DNA of 64,000 nt from Diadema antillarum. Lineage: Eukaryota. Shown here one piece after another: positions 62,238 through 64,000 of this stretch. The stretch covers positions 1,908,436 through 1,972,435 of the forward strand of contig NW_027271016.1 in NCBI RefSeq assembly GCF_040938485.1, in the 5' to 3' direction. The first letter of the stretch is position 1; each line of letters starts with the position of its first letter. The notes below the pieces were generated by a model that saw nothing but the letters and a program-made list of their open reading frames with translations, ran no database searches and was not told the origin of the DNA. A program made the position numbers and the translations under genes.

Positions 62238-62885
62238 GCCATGTTCAGACGTATTTCTAATTGGAGTAAAAATTTATGGCACGGCAATTAAAATTCAAAT
62301 TAATGCATATCTTATATGACCCTTGTGTCCACACGACGGTCGTGGGAAGAAACTCCGACCAATTCATGTGCGAGGGTCAGTGTAACTTCCGGAAGTGGTA
62401 GTGCCACGCACGTCGACCATGCGATTGTTATGGGTTTTTTTTTTGTTTTTACCAGTGGCACTTGTTTTCTTCATTCTTGTTGATGGAAATTTCTGCATGA
62501 GCGCTAGCTTCTTCGTCGCGATCGACTATGTTAGAATTGCACTACACGCGCACGTGTAGTCGCAAAATGTCAACATTGCGATTTGACCCAGGAAGTTTTA
62601 CCTAGGTAGTAAGGTATGTATGTTCATAGATACTCCGAGGGCTTGTCCGCACGGGCAATTTACTCCGACTGGCTAGTCGTGGTAGCGAGATACTCCTGAC
62701 AAAACTCAGGAGTATCTCGTTCGGAGGAAGAGGTCGTGGTAAGTTCCTCCAATCGGAGGAAGTTACCACGACCATGTTCAGACGGGCACTACTCCGACCT
62801 ATCCTCCAAAGTCACTCCGACCAAGCTTCTTCCGACCCTTCCTCCTAAGTTACTCCGACCAAAACTGCCTCCGTCTGAACACAGC
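62238..62885. mobile_element. Candidate MITE (~650 bp) with terminal inverted repeats (ccatgttcagacg ... cgtctgaacacagc) and an internal hairpin (ggaagaggtcgtggtaagttcctcc / ggaggaagttaccacgacc).
   Basis: Terminal and internal inverted repeats read directly. The element is non-coding. Confidence 0.4.
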
Positions 62886-64000
62886 TATAATGTAGATACA
62901 GGCATGTGCAAGACTCTATTCAAGTATCATTTCATTTTCATGCAAAAATGCTGACAACATTTCCACAGGTGTCTTTCAGATGCATTCTAACTTTGATGTT
63001 GATTGATATGTAGTTTCCACGGCCAGCAGAAGGCTTCTCATACATTGTACCTCTGGCTACATTTCACATTTATGAAATTCTCTTCCCAGGGCGAGATGAA
63101 TATCATACAATTTTTTTCATTTTGTCCAAATGCTGTCTGATGAACAATATGTTCTGTTTAAACTTTGTCTTTTTGTGTTTTAAGCAAGAAAGTAATTACG
63201 TGCGTGGGAATGAAATTTACTGCGATGTTGTCTCATTTATAATGCTTTCCAATCTATTTGAGTAGATAATGGGCACTGTAATTGCTCTTTATAAAGTGCA
63301 AATGCCTAATTAGATTTGCTTGTTAAGTAATGCTTTCTACTGTGTTGGAATGCATAGAATATTTAAAAACATATAATCTGGTGTTTGAAATTAAGAAATT
63401 TACATTGCACTTATTCAATTGCTGACAAAGCATTCTAGCCAGGCGGCCACTTTATTATGAACTCGTGCTGTAGTCTGGTTTCATTTGCATTCAGGTTTGT
63501 GTAAGTATCATCCATTATACACCTTGATAGAGAGAGGAGTGTAAAGGACAGAATATTTTGATCAGGGTCACAGGGGTTGTGGCTAAGCTTCAATCCTCGA
63601 CCTTCCCATCATAGGCAAAGCGTGCTGTCCACTCAAACACAGTGATCGCAACACAACCCCTTCATTTTGTCTTTTGTTTTGTTTTGATGTTATACACCTG
63701 CTTTGTATCTCATTATGATGAAGAAAATGTCAGCTGACATCATGAAGTGTAATCTGAACCCAGTTGTGTAATTTTGGAATGCATTTCTGCATATCTCTTT
63801 TCCCCCACTCATTAGCTGTCTTCCCATCAATGACAAGGTAAACTCAACCCTATGGTGATCCACTTTAAAGGAAATTCTATTTTTAATCTGCCAGATATTG
63901 TGGATCATAGACTGATCAGTTACAAATGTTTCAAGTGATATGTGGAAACGAAAAAAGGATCTAGTTCATAAAAAGAAGAAAAAGAAGAAGAAGAAGAAGA

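Overview
This window is eukaryotic (metazoan, probably invertebrate) nuclear DNA, not a prokaryotic locus. It contains spliced genes with GT-AG introns, TGEKPY-type C2H2 zinc-finger linkers, LINEs, MITEs and microsatellites. The supplied ORF track uses bacterial start codons (GTG/TTG read as M), so many of its 'M' starts are artefacts.

Three things dominate the window:
1. On the + strand, the 3' part of a large C2H2 zinc-finger gene: a 3.86 kb exon, open to the window start, encoding a long acidic Ser/Thr/Glu/Asp-rich low-complexity region with about four C2H2 fingers at its 3' end, then a 1.2 kb intron, then a terminal exon with three more fingers (stop codon at 5330..5332).
2. On the - strand, a complete ortholog of ULK4 (unc-51-like kinase 4, a pseudokinase with C-terminal HEAT/ARM repeats). 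I reconstructed it by hand as 26 coding exons from the ATG at 45526 to the stop at 14363..14365, with exon lengths summing to 3933 nt (1310 aa). Exon boundaries carry roughly +/-2 bp uncertainty because coordinates were counted by hand.
3. A full-length, apparently intact non-LTR retrotransposon on the + strand (about 49.9-57.6 kb), with overlapping ORF1 (two PHD fingers plus a coiled coil) and ORF2 (APE endonuclease plus reverse transcriptase plus a C-terminal CCHC-like motif).

The ULK4 introns also hold a 5'-truncated CR1/L2-like LINE fragment with an (AAATG)n tail, several MITE/foldback elements, three copies of an interspersed repeat family, a ~120-bp satellite, arrays carrying TGACCT direct repeats, and many microsatellites.

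The most unusual local features are:
- a ~170-bp tandem array in a ULK4 intron in which each unit carries a copy of the 3' end of exon 18 together with its splice donor;
- a second partial exon-plus-donor duplication beside exon 20;
- a ~480-bp near-perfect foldback built from palindromic CCTCATGAGG subrepeats about 0.75 kb upstream of the ULK4 start codon.

No rRNA, tRNA or CRISPR features could be supported.
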